64,000 nt of DNA from Podarcis melisellensis (lineage: Eukaryota). The first letter of the stretch is position 1. Every line of letters starts with the position of its first letter. Of the stretch, positions 41,131-55,539 are shown in pieces. The notes beneath the pieces were generated by a model that saw only the letters and a program-made list of their open reading frames with translations, did no database searches and had not been told where the DNA came from. Position numbers and translations under genes: made by a program. The stretch lies in the NCBI GenBank assembly GCA_964234715.1, contig OZ174287.1. One strand, written 5' to 3'.

Positions 41131-41344
41131 AGTTACAGATAGGTAGCCGTGTTGGTCTGCCATAGTCAAAACAAAAAAAATTCCTTCCAGTAGCACCTTA
41201 AAGACCAACTAAGTTAGTTCTTGGTATGAGCTTTCGTGTGCATGCACACTTTGGTATCTGAAGAAGTGTGCATGCACACGAAAGCTCATACCAAGAACTA
41301 ACTTAGTTGGTCTTTAAGGTGCTACTGGAAGGAATTTTTTTTGT
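41131..41344. mobile_element. Penelope-like element terminal fragment forming a fold-back (inverted) structure
   Basis: 13-bp TSD tttaaataatcct (41118-41130 and 41345-41357); perfect 84-bp inverted repeat; embedded minimal hammerhead motif typical of PLE pseudo-LTRs. Confidence 0.8.
41251..41294 (+). ncRNA. Minimal type I hammerhead ribozyme motif (PLE-type)
   Basis: Stem I TTGGTAT/ATACCAA; core CTGAAGA plus an extra A; stem II GTGTG-CATG-CACAC; GAAA-gc-TC with predicted cleavage after C41287. Confidence 0.75.
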
Positions 41345-42482
41345 TTTAAATAATCCTGTTTTTAATTGTCCTTTAATCAAGATAATCAATATATGTGGTG
41401 CTTTAGAGTTGTGTACACAAAACAAAAGGCATGTATCTGTCCCCAAGGAACTTGTAATCTAAATTGACAGTGGCGCAGACAACCGAAGGATGGGGAAAGA
41501 CATCTGGGTAGGCAAAGTGTTAATGTGAGCAAATCCCATTGTGCACCCTTAAGATAGGTTGCAGTTGGAGATGCGGGTTAAAAGGCTTGGAGAGATTTGA
41601 GGAGGGGCTTGATGTGGTCTGAGCAATGGGAGAAACGAATGATATCAGCAGTGGCGTTTTGGGTAGAGGTGGGAGGGTTGATGCAGGCAGGTCAGAGAAA
41701 AGGAATGTAAAGGCAGGAGATGGCCAGAGCATAGACCACAGTTTTAGCCGAGGGGACTTCAAGAGGTGACATTTTTGCCATTCATCAGCAAGAAGCAATA
41801 CGATTTAGCAACATAATTGAACAATTGGGGAGAGGAACACAAATGAGTTAAGTATAATGCTAGGGATGCAAAGCTTTGTTTCGGTTGCAAGCAAACATGA
41901 TCTACACCTGCAGAGGTGATGCTTGCCAGTTGCTATCAAAGGTCTGTCTAGCCCATCATTCTGTTTCCAGCTGTGACAGCCAGATGCTGCTCAGAAGCTG
42001 GTAAGTAGGTGGAATAGCAGTGCTGCTATTTTGGCAGTGGCAGGTAATCCGGATCATGCTTCCATTTTCAGCTCTGGCAGCTAATAAGTCATTGGTTCAT
42101 ACCTCTTGTGAGTTGCGGTGTTGGGTTTTGCAGTTGGATCTCTCCTGAGTATATGTGGCTGCCTCATTACCACGATTGGCTGTCTGCTGGGAATGGGTCT
42201 GATTGTGAACCTTTGTCTATTCTCGTAACTTCAGTTATGGTGATTGTCCTAACAGACTGCGGATACGGAGGTCATGTGGCCCCATAATTATGCAGGCTGC
42301 AACCCTGCTGGTTCCAAGAGGCCACTGGAGGGGATGTGCTGCATTGAGCACTAGCACAAGACTCCTTGCCTTTGGGGAAAGCTTTTTGGTGCTTTGTCTG
42401 CAGCATTATTATGAAATATAAGGTGAATACATCTGATAATTCACCATAGGAACAAAATAAGCTATACTTGATCAAGTCATCT

Positions 42483-42757
42483 TTATATATATCTATAATA
42501 TTTATTAAGTTTTCATTTTACAATATTTAAACATCTTCATTTTCACATTATTTTTGCTCATATGAGCTAGTTGACTTCTGCCTCTCCAGTCTCATGGTTA
42601 CTTTAATTTTTATTTTGTCATTTTATTTTATTTTGTACTTCTTCCTGATTACGTTTCATCATTTCTGATTTACAATTTTTTAAAGAATATGTAAAAAGGT
42701 ATAATTTTCACCATTACAAGTCTTATTCAGTCAGTCCTGCTAGCATTCTTAATTGTT
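42483..42757 (-). mobile_element. AT-rich retroposed insert, probably a truncated LINE (L1) 3'UTR
   Basis: Flanked by a perfect 18-bp direct repeat tacttgatcaagtcatct (42465-42482 / 42758-42775); T-rich left end. Confidence 0.65.
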
Positions 42758-43652
42758 TACTTGATCAAGTCATCTATCTTTAAGGCAGCTTCCAACAGGT
42801 CGCACACATAGGTTATCAAGTGGTTGTTACATGGTAGCTTCCTTCCTGCCAAACGGTGAATTCTGCAGCTGGTTGGAAGTCTGGAGGAGGAAATTGGGAG
42901 TCATCAATTTCTCCTTGCCGCTTGGCAGGATCACTAGCTTACCAAGAGATTCAATGCATCAAATCCTCAACGCGTTAAATTGTTGCTTGGCAAATGATTG
43001 TACTTATTTGTCCATAACCGAGTATGATTCACACGGGCATTTTGAAGCGATGCCCTGAGGCAATGTTCTTCCCCGGTGTTGTGACAAAGCAGTCTTGTGG
43101 GAAATCGTCCTGGGTTGTGACAAAGTAATCGTGTCTTGAAAAATGGTAGAAAACGAGCATTTAAAGAGCTTGGCTGTGTAGGCATTCCATAAGAATGGGT
43201 GCTTTAGAGTAAGGCAGGTTGCCTTTCTTCCAAGCCTTTTCAGAATGCTGTGAGAAGAACCCTGGCAAAATGGCAAAGCTTGTGGCATTGCTGCTTTTAA
43301 TGCACTGCAGTGATACTATGGTCGACTTCAATGGTTATTTTTCATAGCTAGGAAGGCTCACGTTTTCATTACTATGACACTTATTAAAAATACCATAGGA
43401 AGGCTATTTCTCTGGTACAATGTGCAAAATGCTTTACATTCCTCCTTTTGTTCCAGTCTCCCAGTAGTTTTCCCCCCCATTTAGAATTGGGAAGCAGACC
43501 ATGAATTGCTGCTTGGTCAACCAATGCAGTATTAACTGCAGATTTTTGGGGGATCCATGTTCCACTGCTTTAACTGGTGCAACAATAAGCTTTTTTTGCT
43601 TCCACAAAGCATCCATGGAGGTAATGGGTCCTGTCTTTTTATTTGCCTTTAG

Positions 43653-43742
43653 GTGCGAGTAGCTGCCTTACAGAACTTGGTGAAGATTATGTCCCTCTAT
43701 TATCAGTACATGGAGACGTATATGGGTCCTGCACTTTTTGCT
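43653..43742 (+). CDS. KPNB1: KPNB1 exon 7: [30 protein letters not shown]
   Basis: cctttag / gtgagt; 90 nt. Confidence 0.97.
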
Positions 43743-43825
43743 GTGAGTATTCAAGCCTGGGAATCAAGAACGGAAGTGTAGGTACTTACTGTAGGTGCGT
43801 TGCTTTAGTAAAGCAGCAACAGTGA

Positions 43826-44120
<295 letters not shown>

Positions 44121-45133
44121 CTTTCCTAAGAGCAGGAGGTGCTATTAGCTTTGAAGGAGACAGGGCTTACCATATGTCCTGCTTAAGAGGATATTGCTGG
44201 ACCCAAAAATAAAGATAACCATTTGTAGTGCAGTGTTATACCTTAAAGTACAAGCAATAAGTGATCTACAAGTGTCCAATTGATACGTCATGGCGCATTG
44301 CAGCAACCCGGAAAGGGGGGCAAGGGGGGCTTATGTTTGCCCCGCCAAAGTGCCCAAGAATGAAGAATGTTACCCCTGCACAGATTGGTTGCCGCCTGCA
44401 AATATAAACAGAACAATACTTGCAGGGGGAAGGAGGTTTGGGGGAAGAGGGAGGGGGTAGGCTTTGGTAGTGCCTACTAGGAATATACTGCATGCAAATA
44501 TTTCAAGGTGCAGATCCAGATTTCTGGGTGCTTGGTATCTTTGTGTCACCTGCTGAAGACTGCTTTTTTGTATGCTGCAAGAGTAAATAAGTCCTCTGAC
44601 CCCTGAGCATTTTGGAGATGGGGGCACCTATTCCTTCCAGTGTAGATCACACTTTTAGCCACCAAGAGGATACACAAAGTCCTATTACATTGCCCCACCA
44701 TCAAGATCCGTAGCACTGGAATATAATTGAATGTAATGTGAGCATCTTGAGATTTTTAGTGATTTTCCTAGGATCACGTTAACACGGACAATGACGTCTG
44801 GCCAGAATAGGCTCACTTATAGGGCAAGACCAGATCATACATTTCCTTCCAAACTACAAGCAGCAACCAAGATTTGGTTTTGACTTAACACTTGTTCAGT
44901 GAAAATGATAAGCCCATGTCCAGATAACATGGCAACCCAGACTCTGGCTTGTTTTGTTTGTGAGGTGGATGTGAGCAGGTTTTCTTAGTTTTAAACAATG
45001 GTTTAATATGATATGTGAACTGGGCTTAGGTGATCTTCAGAGAGCCCAGGTGGCATTTAAAGTTTCAATTAAGCAAGCCAATTTCAGATGGATGATTGAA
45101 ACTAATGGAAATGTGCATGGGTTTTGTTTTTAG

Positions 45134-45271
<138 letters not shown>

Positions 45272-45971
45272 TAGTGTGGTTAAGGGCCTGTGGCAGCAGT
45301 TCTTGTAAGTTTGAAGGAACAGCGTTGGAATATATCCTGCTCCCCTGAAAATAATAGTGTGGTCTTAACAAAATAATGTTCCCCATTCTACAGAGGACTG
45401 CCTTTTCCTATGACTTGCTATTGTACAAGGTCTCTGAAATAGCCATGGCAGTCTTTGGTCTGTGGTGAGATTGCATTCACTCTACTCATCAGCAATGTCT
45501 CACCCCCTCTACTTGTTGCCATATAGAGGCTCAGAACTCTTGAGTGCTCTCCACTCCATCCAATAGGAGGCAGTCTCTTTGAATGAACACTCTGCTCAGA
45601 GCTGGACCAGGAGGTGTCTTGCGCTTCTCGAAAACTTTTTATTTCTAGCAAACACATAAGTAATACTTCAGTTTTGTTGACCTGAAGCTGTCCCTTAGTA
45701 TATGCTACTCTTTTATATTAAGCTGTTACATCTGAGTTTTTAATTAAAAACTACAACATGGGAGATTCAGGAGCATTGTGTATAGGCAATGGGTCTTTTC
45801 GGTTCAAATTAAGCTTCTTCGTAATATTAAAAATATTACTTGCACTGTATAGAGCAGTTATCACAAGAGTGCTCTGTTTATAAAGTAGCTTTCCAGTTTC
45901 TACTGGGAAAGTAGTCAACATTGCTTCATGTGTGTGGTAACCAACATTTCTTTTGCTTTGTGAAATTGACT

Positions 45972-46220
45972 CAGCCATACCTTGGAAGTCGAACAGAATC
46001 CGTTCCAGAAGTCTGTTCGACTTCCAAACATTCGGAAACCCAAGCATGGCTTCTGATTGGCTGCAGGAAGCTCCTGCAGCCAATAAGGAGCCGCAGAAGC
46101 CCCGTTGGACATTTGGGTTTCACAGAACGTTTGCAAAACAGAACACTCACTTTAGGGTTTGCAGTGTTCAGGAGCCAAAATGTCCGAATACCAAGACGTT
46201 TGGGAGCCAAGGTACGACTG
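45972..46220. mobile_element. Tc1/mariner-type MITE (same family as the element at 25195)
   Basis: CAGCCATACCTTGG ... CCAAGGTACGACTG followed by TA; shared internal palindrome. Confidence 0.8.
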
Positions 46221-46323
46221 TAGTTTGCTTTGGCCTGGATTCTACCTACTAGTTTCAAAAATGTCATGCCTTGCTTACGTAGTCCAACAGAGATTGACTT
46301 GGGTGTTGTCCCTTTCACCTTAG

Positions 46324-46638
<315 letters not shown>

Positions 46639-47348
46639 TAGATTTGACTAGAAAACATCTCACAGCACTCTGTGAAGTAGGATATACATAGGGGCCATAT
46701 GTGGTCCTTGGTCACTGGTAAAAATGTGGTGTGTTTTTTTTTTAAAAAAAAAACATTTTATTACAATGAAACAATAATCTTACAAATGCATTCTGAAATA
46801 ACCCATAAAAGACCAAATCATAGCAATATAAACCAAACACATTTGTCAGAGGTGGCATAATAAAAAAAGAATCAGCATAACAATTCAATAGACCTTGGTT
46901 CTTGTATATGAGACGTCAACAAACAACAAACAAGACATCAACAAACAGCAAGACAATTTGCTTCAGATTCCCTTTAATTACCAGATTACAAAAGTCAAAG
47001 GCCCTGAGGAACATGAATAAGCTACACATTGTGTGCATTTCTGTGTAGATCATGAGTTATGTCTGACAGTAGGAAATACTGTATGGACTTTATTTTTGGT
47101 AGAAAAGGTGGTAATGTTTTTTGCCCTGAGACTGTAGAAATGAGGGAATAGTACACTGGTGTGTCACCGGCCAGAGGGACAAGAGCCACAGGGGAGTTTT
47201 ATATCCCTCCCCAAAAAGAATACCATGGCAAGATGACCTATTGGCCAGAGAAGAACAGCTTGTTCCCTTACCACCGCAAGATCAGAAAGAATGTCCCTTC
47301 ACCAACTATCTAAAAGCCATTATATAAATATAAAATAAAGAGTATTGA

Positions 47349-48075
<727 letters not shown>

Positions 48076-48115
48076 TAATGAAGCCTGTAGGCTGTGAGCC
48101 GTTGCCCTTCTGTAA

Positions 48116-48452
48116 AAAGGTAAAGGGACCCCTGACCATTAGGTCCAGTCATGACCGACTCTGGGGTTGCGGCGTTCATCTCGCTTTATTGGCCAAGGGA
48201 GCCGGCGTATAGCTTCTGGGTTATGTGGCCAGCATGACTAAGCCGCTTCTGGCAAACCAGAGCAGCACACGGAAATGCCGTTTACATTCCCGCCGGAGTG
48301 GTACCTATTTATCTACTTGCATTTTGACGTGCTTTCAAACTGCTAGGTTGGCAGGAGCTGGGACTAAGCAATGGGAGCTCACTCCGTGGTGGGGATTTGA
48401 ACCGCTGACCTTCTGATCAGCAAGTCCTAGGCTCTGCGGTTTAACCCACAGC
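48116..48452 (-). mobile_element. Sauria SINE, antisense in KPNB1 intron 12
   Basis: Reverse complement of the 3697 copy, beginning aaaggtaaagggacccc. Confidence 0.9.
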
Positions 48453-49874
48453 TTCAAACTCCTTAGATATTTCTGTTGAGAAGGTAGGCCTAGTAAAACC
48501 TGGTTAAGGCAAAATATCAGTAAACTTCCATAGAGGTTGAACCATATGCATCCACATGAGTGCAGGAAAAGCACAGAATGCAGCTTCCTAAAAAGAAGTT
48601 GGCGTTCATACACACACATATACATAAAATGCACATTGTTGCACAGTTATGCACAATGCCGTGTGCACAGTGTATTCAGAATTTCAGAAGTCAGAGTGAC
48701 TGAATAAGTTTCTGCTGCATCCCTCTCTGGCTCTTTGCCCTTACATATGACTAGCAGAAGCAGCAGGGTTTTCTGTAAAATAATAAAATATGCAGAATCA
48801 TATGAAATCATGCAAGTTTGTTTAACATGCATTGATTGTGCAGGTTGCAAAATTCCTTTTCTCTCATAGAAAATGGGATATCCTGGTACAGAAATGGTAC
48901 AGAATGGGATATCCTGGTTACAGCTGTGGTTTTCTTAGCATAGGGTGTGGGCAGCCCTAGGCATAGGCGCCTTGAAGCTTGAGTTTTATAATGTCACAGT
49001 TCCAAAAGGGAACTTTACTTCAGGCAGAGAGGAAAGGTAGCTAACTTCTCTTAAGTACTAGAGCAAAATTGGATTGCAAAATCATATAAACTTAAGCAAG
49101 TTAAAGCATTTGGTTAGCTGGCTGTGCGCTGTCTCAGACTTGGCAACCTTTCATTGTATGCCAACCTGAGATCTTGTGCATATCTACCCCTTAATATGGT
49201 CTTTTAAAATACCTTGTCTTGCCCATTTATGAAATGTACAGCAGTTTTTGCCAACTTTGTGCCCTCCATATGTTTTTGGACTGCCACTCTCATCACACCC
49301 TGCAACCTGAAAGTACTTTATGGGCTTTCAGCCTATTTCTGGATTGAGCTATGATCATGCTTTATACTTCAAAAAATAATTGGCTGAGTTGACTGCTTAA
49401 ATGTTCCCGGCCATGGCCCCCCCCCCCCAGCCACCAGATTGGCTGGCTGGCGATGATGTGGCCAGGATCCCCCAGGCAACACGGGACTTCGTCCCCCGGA
49501 GGAGAGGGGGTGGCTATGCACTCCACTGCAACTCCTCCCCACAGGTAAGTGGAGCAGACTTTCTGAAATAGTGGAATTGTAGACGTGAGGATAAAAGCAC
49601 TCTGGCCACCCCTGCCTGGCAGTGGTACCTGTGCCAACAAGAAGTGCCCCTTTTCCCTAAAAGACCCTTATGGCAAAGGAAAGATTGAGCACGGCCAGAC
49701 TGCCCAATTAACCACATTTGTTGCCTGCTTGGCTCTTCCCATTTCTTTCAGTTTGATCTGCCTTTAATGGTGTTGCTATCCACATTTCAGTTATGCCGGT
49801 AGAGAGGTGGACAAAAGTTAAATCATGCCATGATGGTTAGCATTTAACTTGAATTGTGTTCTCTAGGTGGCTAA

Positions 49875-50072
<198 letters not shown>

Positions 50073-50529
50073 TGATGTGTGCCCCAACAGATGAGTAGTG
50101 CCGAATGGAGTAGTAATATAACTTTGCAGTGATAGTGGAGGTAGTTCTTTGTGTCTTCTTACATGCTTTCTATCATTTCCTGCAAAGTTCACCTATCAAT
50201 TTTGGGGGAGGGGGCTTAGTATGTACAAAGACTGGAATATAAGAGCCACTTGCTACCTGCAGTGGGATTTCAAAGTGTACATATTTTGTAAGCTGCCTTG
50301 AGAATTCTTTTAACTTTGGAAAGGCAGCATGCAAATAAATGATTGGTTGATTCAGGTTATTTTTCCCTGATTTAAATGTGTTTATCTCCCTCTAATCACA
50401 GTATTGGCATGTAAACATAGGCTTTCACCTAACATAATCATAAGAGACCAGAGTTTGTTCTGGTTATACAATTATTGATGCACTGTGCTATTCCTAATTA
50501 TGATATCTGGATATATGTCTTCTTTTCAG

Positions 50530-50601
50530 TCCCATATCCAGAGCACGTCTGATAGAATCCAGTTCAATGATCTGCAGTCTTTGCTGTGTGCCACTTTACA
50601 G
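50530..50601 (+). CDS. KPNB1: KPNB1 exon 14: [24 protein letters not shown]
   Basis: ttttcag / gtaaaa; 72 nt. Confidence 0.96.
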
Positions 50602-50940
50602 GTAAAAACTTGTTCTTAAATTTATATGCAGCGTGAGGACATACAAAAGTACTTAGCGTGAGGGCTAGTGAGGAGAGATCAAGGGAAAACAGATACGAGT
50701 TGGGATTTTTCACAAGTGTCTCCAGGAATACTTCTGTAACTCAAACGTGAGATTTTTTCTTTTCTTTTGAAGTTGTGAATAAGAAGGCTGCCTAGAAATA
50801 TCTTAACAGGGGGTATGGAACACAGTATGTTTCTTTTGGGGGAGGTGCCCCTTGTCCAAATATCAGCTCATCACTTAATTGAAAGGGTGTCTTAAGGAAG
50901 GATGGTGAGGCAGTAGAAGATTAATACCGGAGGGCACTGA

Positions 50941-51062
50941 GGTAGCTGACATGGTGCCTTACAGATTTTTATGGACTACAATTTCCATCATCCTCACCAT
51001 TGGCCAGATTGCTGGGGTTGTTGGGAGTTGGAGTCCAGCAACATCTAGAGGGTACCACAATA
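50941..51062. mobile_element. Short palindromic MITE-like repeat (related copies at about 5893-6022, 55190-55305, 56283-56402)
   Basis: Recurrent motif ggactacaa.tcccatcatcc..accattggcc...tgggagttg.agtccagcaacat; boundaries approximate. Confidence 0.55.
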
Positions 51063-51155
51063 GGGGCGACCTATTAATGCTAGCACATTTCCCATCATTC
51101 TTCCTGCTGCAGAGTTGTATTTTAAGGTCAGATATAAGCCAGCCAGGACCTACTC

Positions 51156-51979
51156 TTTTTTTTTTTTTTGCATTTTAAATTTTATTTATTAAGTCAGTTA
51201 TATATACATAGTACTCGAATTTCGACATTTCTTAATCATTTTGGACTTCCTTCAGCGATGTTGACATTCATTCGTGTTTGGAACTTAGCAACGCATCCCG
51301 TCCTTTCGTATTGCCATTCGTACCTCCTTTTTTACATTATTTCAATTAAACAATACCTGTTAGTTCTTTACAAAGCCTCTTTAAATCCCACTAACGTTGT
51401 ACTTACAAAACATTTGTTCTCCAGATAACCCACGAATTTCCCCCAGTCTTCAATAAAATTTTGGTCTTTTAAATATCTTATTTTTCCTGTTAGTTTGTCC
51501 AGCTCGGCGTATTCTATTAATTTTGCTCTCCACTCTACCACCGTTGGAGTTTCTTCCTGCTTCCATCTCTGAGCTAACACAATTCTGGCAGCCGTAACCG
51601 CGTACTGGAAGAGTTTATAGTCCTTTCTCCTGATGTCCTTTCCCATAATACATAATAAGAAAGCTTCTGGTTTTTTAACAAAGGTGTAGCCTAACATCTT
51701 TTTCAGTTCATTGTAAACTTCCTCCCAGAAACTTTTAACTTTCTTGCATTCCCACCATAGATGGTAAAATGTCCCTTCCTTTTGTTTGCACTTCCAGCAT
51801 TTGTTATCTGCCCTATACATTTTGGCCAGTTTCACGGGTGTCATATACCACCTGTATTGCATCTTCATCACGTTTTCCTTAAGTAGCATACAGGCCGTAA
51901 ATTTTATGTTCACTCTCCAAAGCTTTTCCCAGTCTTCCATTTGAATGTTATACCCGAGATCCCTTGCCCACTGTACCAT
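51156..51979 (-). mobile_element. 5'-truncated L1-clade LINE (ORF2 C-terminus, 3'UTR, poly(A))
   Basis: Uninterrupted 203-aa ORF 51368-51979 with the CCHC knuckle CWKC...HLWWEC; T14 run at 51156-51169; 16-bp TSD cagccaggacctactc (51140-51155 / 51980-51995). Confidence 0.93.
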
Positions 51980-52084
51980 CAGCCAGGACCTACTCCTAGT
52001 GAATTGTCCAGAGAAAGCCTCTGCAGTGAAGGAACAGTAAAGTACCAGTTTGAAAACTCTGGATACTGGATCCTCTTCATTACA

Positions 52085-52345
52085 TGCCTTTTCTGTGGTG
52101 GCTCCCCATTTGTGGAATGCTCTCCCCAGAGTGGCTCACCTGGTTCCATCATTGCATGTCTTTAGGTGCCAAGCAAAAGCATCCCACTTAACCCAGGCCT
52201 TCATCCGTTAAACAATCTGTGGTCTTTTAAATGGGATGGGGGGGGGACTGTTGTTATGAATTTTTCTGCGATTGTTTTATTGTATTTTATTGTTATGCTA
52301 TGTAAAACATGTTTTTAATGCTGAACACTACCTTGAAATCTTCAG
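52085..52345 (+). mobile_element. Old L2-type LINE 3' end
   Basis: gccttttctgtggtggctcccc..tgtggaatgctctcccc motif and a degenerate tail; resemblance only. Confidence 0.5.
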
Positions 52346-52518
52346 ATAGAGAGTGGTATATAAATTGAATTTATATTTTTTAATATATATTTTTACACAT
52401 AGATAAACTCAATCTGCAGAGTTCATGGCTGTTCACCTCTGGGTGTGGGGGGTGTATATAGGATTGGAGGGGGGGCTGACATCTGGGGAGAAAATCTGAT
52501 CTGAGAGCCTCTGTCTAA

Positions 52519-52731
<213 letters not shown>

Positions 52732-55347
52732 TAATTCTTCAGTATATAAACCAAGGTCTGCAGGTGCATGTTCAATGGCCATGAAGCTCTCAGAATGCGG
52801 ATGTAATGCTCCAAAACCCAATCTCACGCCTGGCATTTCTCGCTCTATTTGGGGTAGGAAAGTGGAGGATGGGGGAGCCATGGAGAGAACTGCTGGAGGT
52901 TGTACCAGGAATCAGTGGTACTTTAATTGGTTGGATTGCTGCCTGGACCATCAGGCTGTAGTAGTCAATAGCCTGGTGTTGTGGAACTTCTTTCCTGCCT
53001 AGACCATCTTTTATCAAGAGAAGGAAGTGTTTGCTTGGAAAAGGTAAACTTCTGATGAGAATGAGGACCATATGAAAGGATGGATGTGGAGCGTGGGATT
53101 TCTGTTAAGGCAGAATAGAACTTGTAGGGAGGGGGTAAAATGGTTCTTTCAGGAAGCGATTAAGCAAAACATTCACCTTTTAGTGACTCCTGGGGTGGCG
53201 CAGTCAGGTTTGCCTGCTGCTTTAGTATATAGTAATTGCATAATAGGACTTAGTTTTAGGGCCTCACTTGGCAGCCAGCCAGAGTTTGTGGCTGCTGCCC
53301 ATGCTTCCCTTCTGCAGAGATGGGGACTGCAGGGTCTCATCTCTGACCGGGCTAGACTTCAGAGCTGCTTGAAAGCAAAGTGAGTTTTTGCTACTTTGGA
53401 GGACCTCAACTCCACTTCCATCGCAGGTATGAGCCTTCCACCTTTCTTCTGTATCTGAGGAAGCCTGTGTAGCTCATTTGCAGCCATTCTGAGCTTTGGA
53501 GGTGCCTTGGAATTTTAGAAACGAGGTCAAACACGAGTTTTATCACCTTCCACATGCTGCTAAGTTTTCATCAGCTTTTTTTTTGTCCTCTGTTGGGAGC
53601 TACCTTTTATGGCTTCACATATTCCTTACGGAGAGAGGCAGACCTCTATCTTGACTTGTATTTTATTTTTCTATTCACATGGCTAACAACAAATTGCACA
53701 CAGCAGTGATGACTAAAGAAAAAACAAGACCCGCCATTTAATTTAATACATAACGTTGTGTATTTCTTAAAGCTCCTTGCCCCCATGCTAACAATGCTTA
53801 TAAGGGATACTCCTATGTAAACAAATAGCTAAAGCTGCTATGCTGTACACAACTGCCTGGGAGTAAGTTCAATTGAATACTGTGAGATTGGCTTCTGAGC
53901 AGACATGCGTACAATTGCCATATCACTGTTTGAGGTGTGGGGAGTTTTATTAGATAGTTACTTGTTCAGAAAGCTTTTTCCAGTGGTTATGCCACCCTGA
54001 TAACCTGAAGAGCAGGATAGCATTTTGATGCACACTGTCAAAGTGAAGTAATGGCTTTAAACTAGTTTGAGATGAATAAGGAATTTGTTTCAGAGGAGGT
54101 TGGTATCTGTAATGCCCAACTTTTATTCTATCATTGAGTAGCTTTCTGTTGCTTGATTTGTTGCATACTGAAGAGTAGATCCAGTTATGTTAGTTTTCTG
54201 GAGACTCCCCCCCCCCCATGCCTATATATCAAAAGTGAGAAATCTCTGACCTGTAGACAGGATGTGGCCCATGGCATCTTGGCACCCAGCCCCACAACCT
54301 GCCATTCTCCAGCACCTGCATTAACTAGGTAGAAAAATTTCCATGGAAAAATAAAAGTATTGAGTGGATCACAGTGAGCCCTCACCACCTTTCCTCCTCT
54401 TCCTTCTGACGCTTCTAATAACCACATAGTAGATGAGAAATGATTCATCCTAAAGTTTAGACTGCAACAGTTGATCGTCTTTTTGTGTGCCTTTCATACC
54501 ACATTTTTTAAAAAGAAAGAGCATTGTTGCTATGGCTGTTCGTTTGTCTTTTGGAGATGGCTGAAAAAGAACAAGAAATAGTGTACGCATAAATAAGAAA
54601 CCTAGGTGGATTAGATGTGGGTTCTGGGTATAAAACACCTGGGTTCAAATCTCACTTAGCTTGGGGCACTAACACAGCCTTTGGACTAGCAGGGGCCTCT
54701 TTTTCCATGCCCTCCTTTTTGTTTGGAAACTAGTTATGTCTTGAAGGCTCCCTTGACACTTGTGTTCACACAGCTGGCACCAGAGCAGTTTCCAACTGTG
54801 TTTTGGATGTAATGCTCAGCACAGTTGTTTCTGAGATGCAAAGGGATGGTGGAATGACCATGTGCCCAGGCGGAGAAGCACACAAGCCTATGACGCGCTG
54901 ACTCCCAGTTTCCTCACCATCTTAGGATTGGGCAGTGTGCTTGCCATCTGCAGCAAGCCTCGGTGTGACCTTGAAATCCGTTCTCATCCTTGGTTCTCTT
55001 GTCGGAAGAGAGGAGGAGGACTGGGTGGAGGGGAGGTCTTATGGGGCGCTTTTTAGACCAGCAGATTCTTACTACTGTAAAAGTAGATATGCCATCCAGA
55101 TAAGTATAGATGCAATATCAAAGTAGCCTCAATTCTCTGTATCATTAACAACAATATGTTATTGACACATGGATTCAGTATATTAGAGGTTGGGAGCCTG
55201 GGGCTCACAGATGCTGTTGGATTTGGTTCTCATCATTCCCATCAAACATGGCCAATGGTCAGGGATGATGGGAGCTGTAGTCTAGCAACATGTAGAGGGC
55301 AAACGTGGAGATTGTGGTCTTCAGGGCCTTAATTTTAGATGCCCTAA

Positions 55348-55539
<192 letters not shown>

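Noticed and set aside
53448-53480. gtatctgaggaag...agctca resembling the hammerhead repeat
   Set aside because: Stem II and GAAA are missing; at most a decayed remnant.
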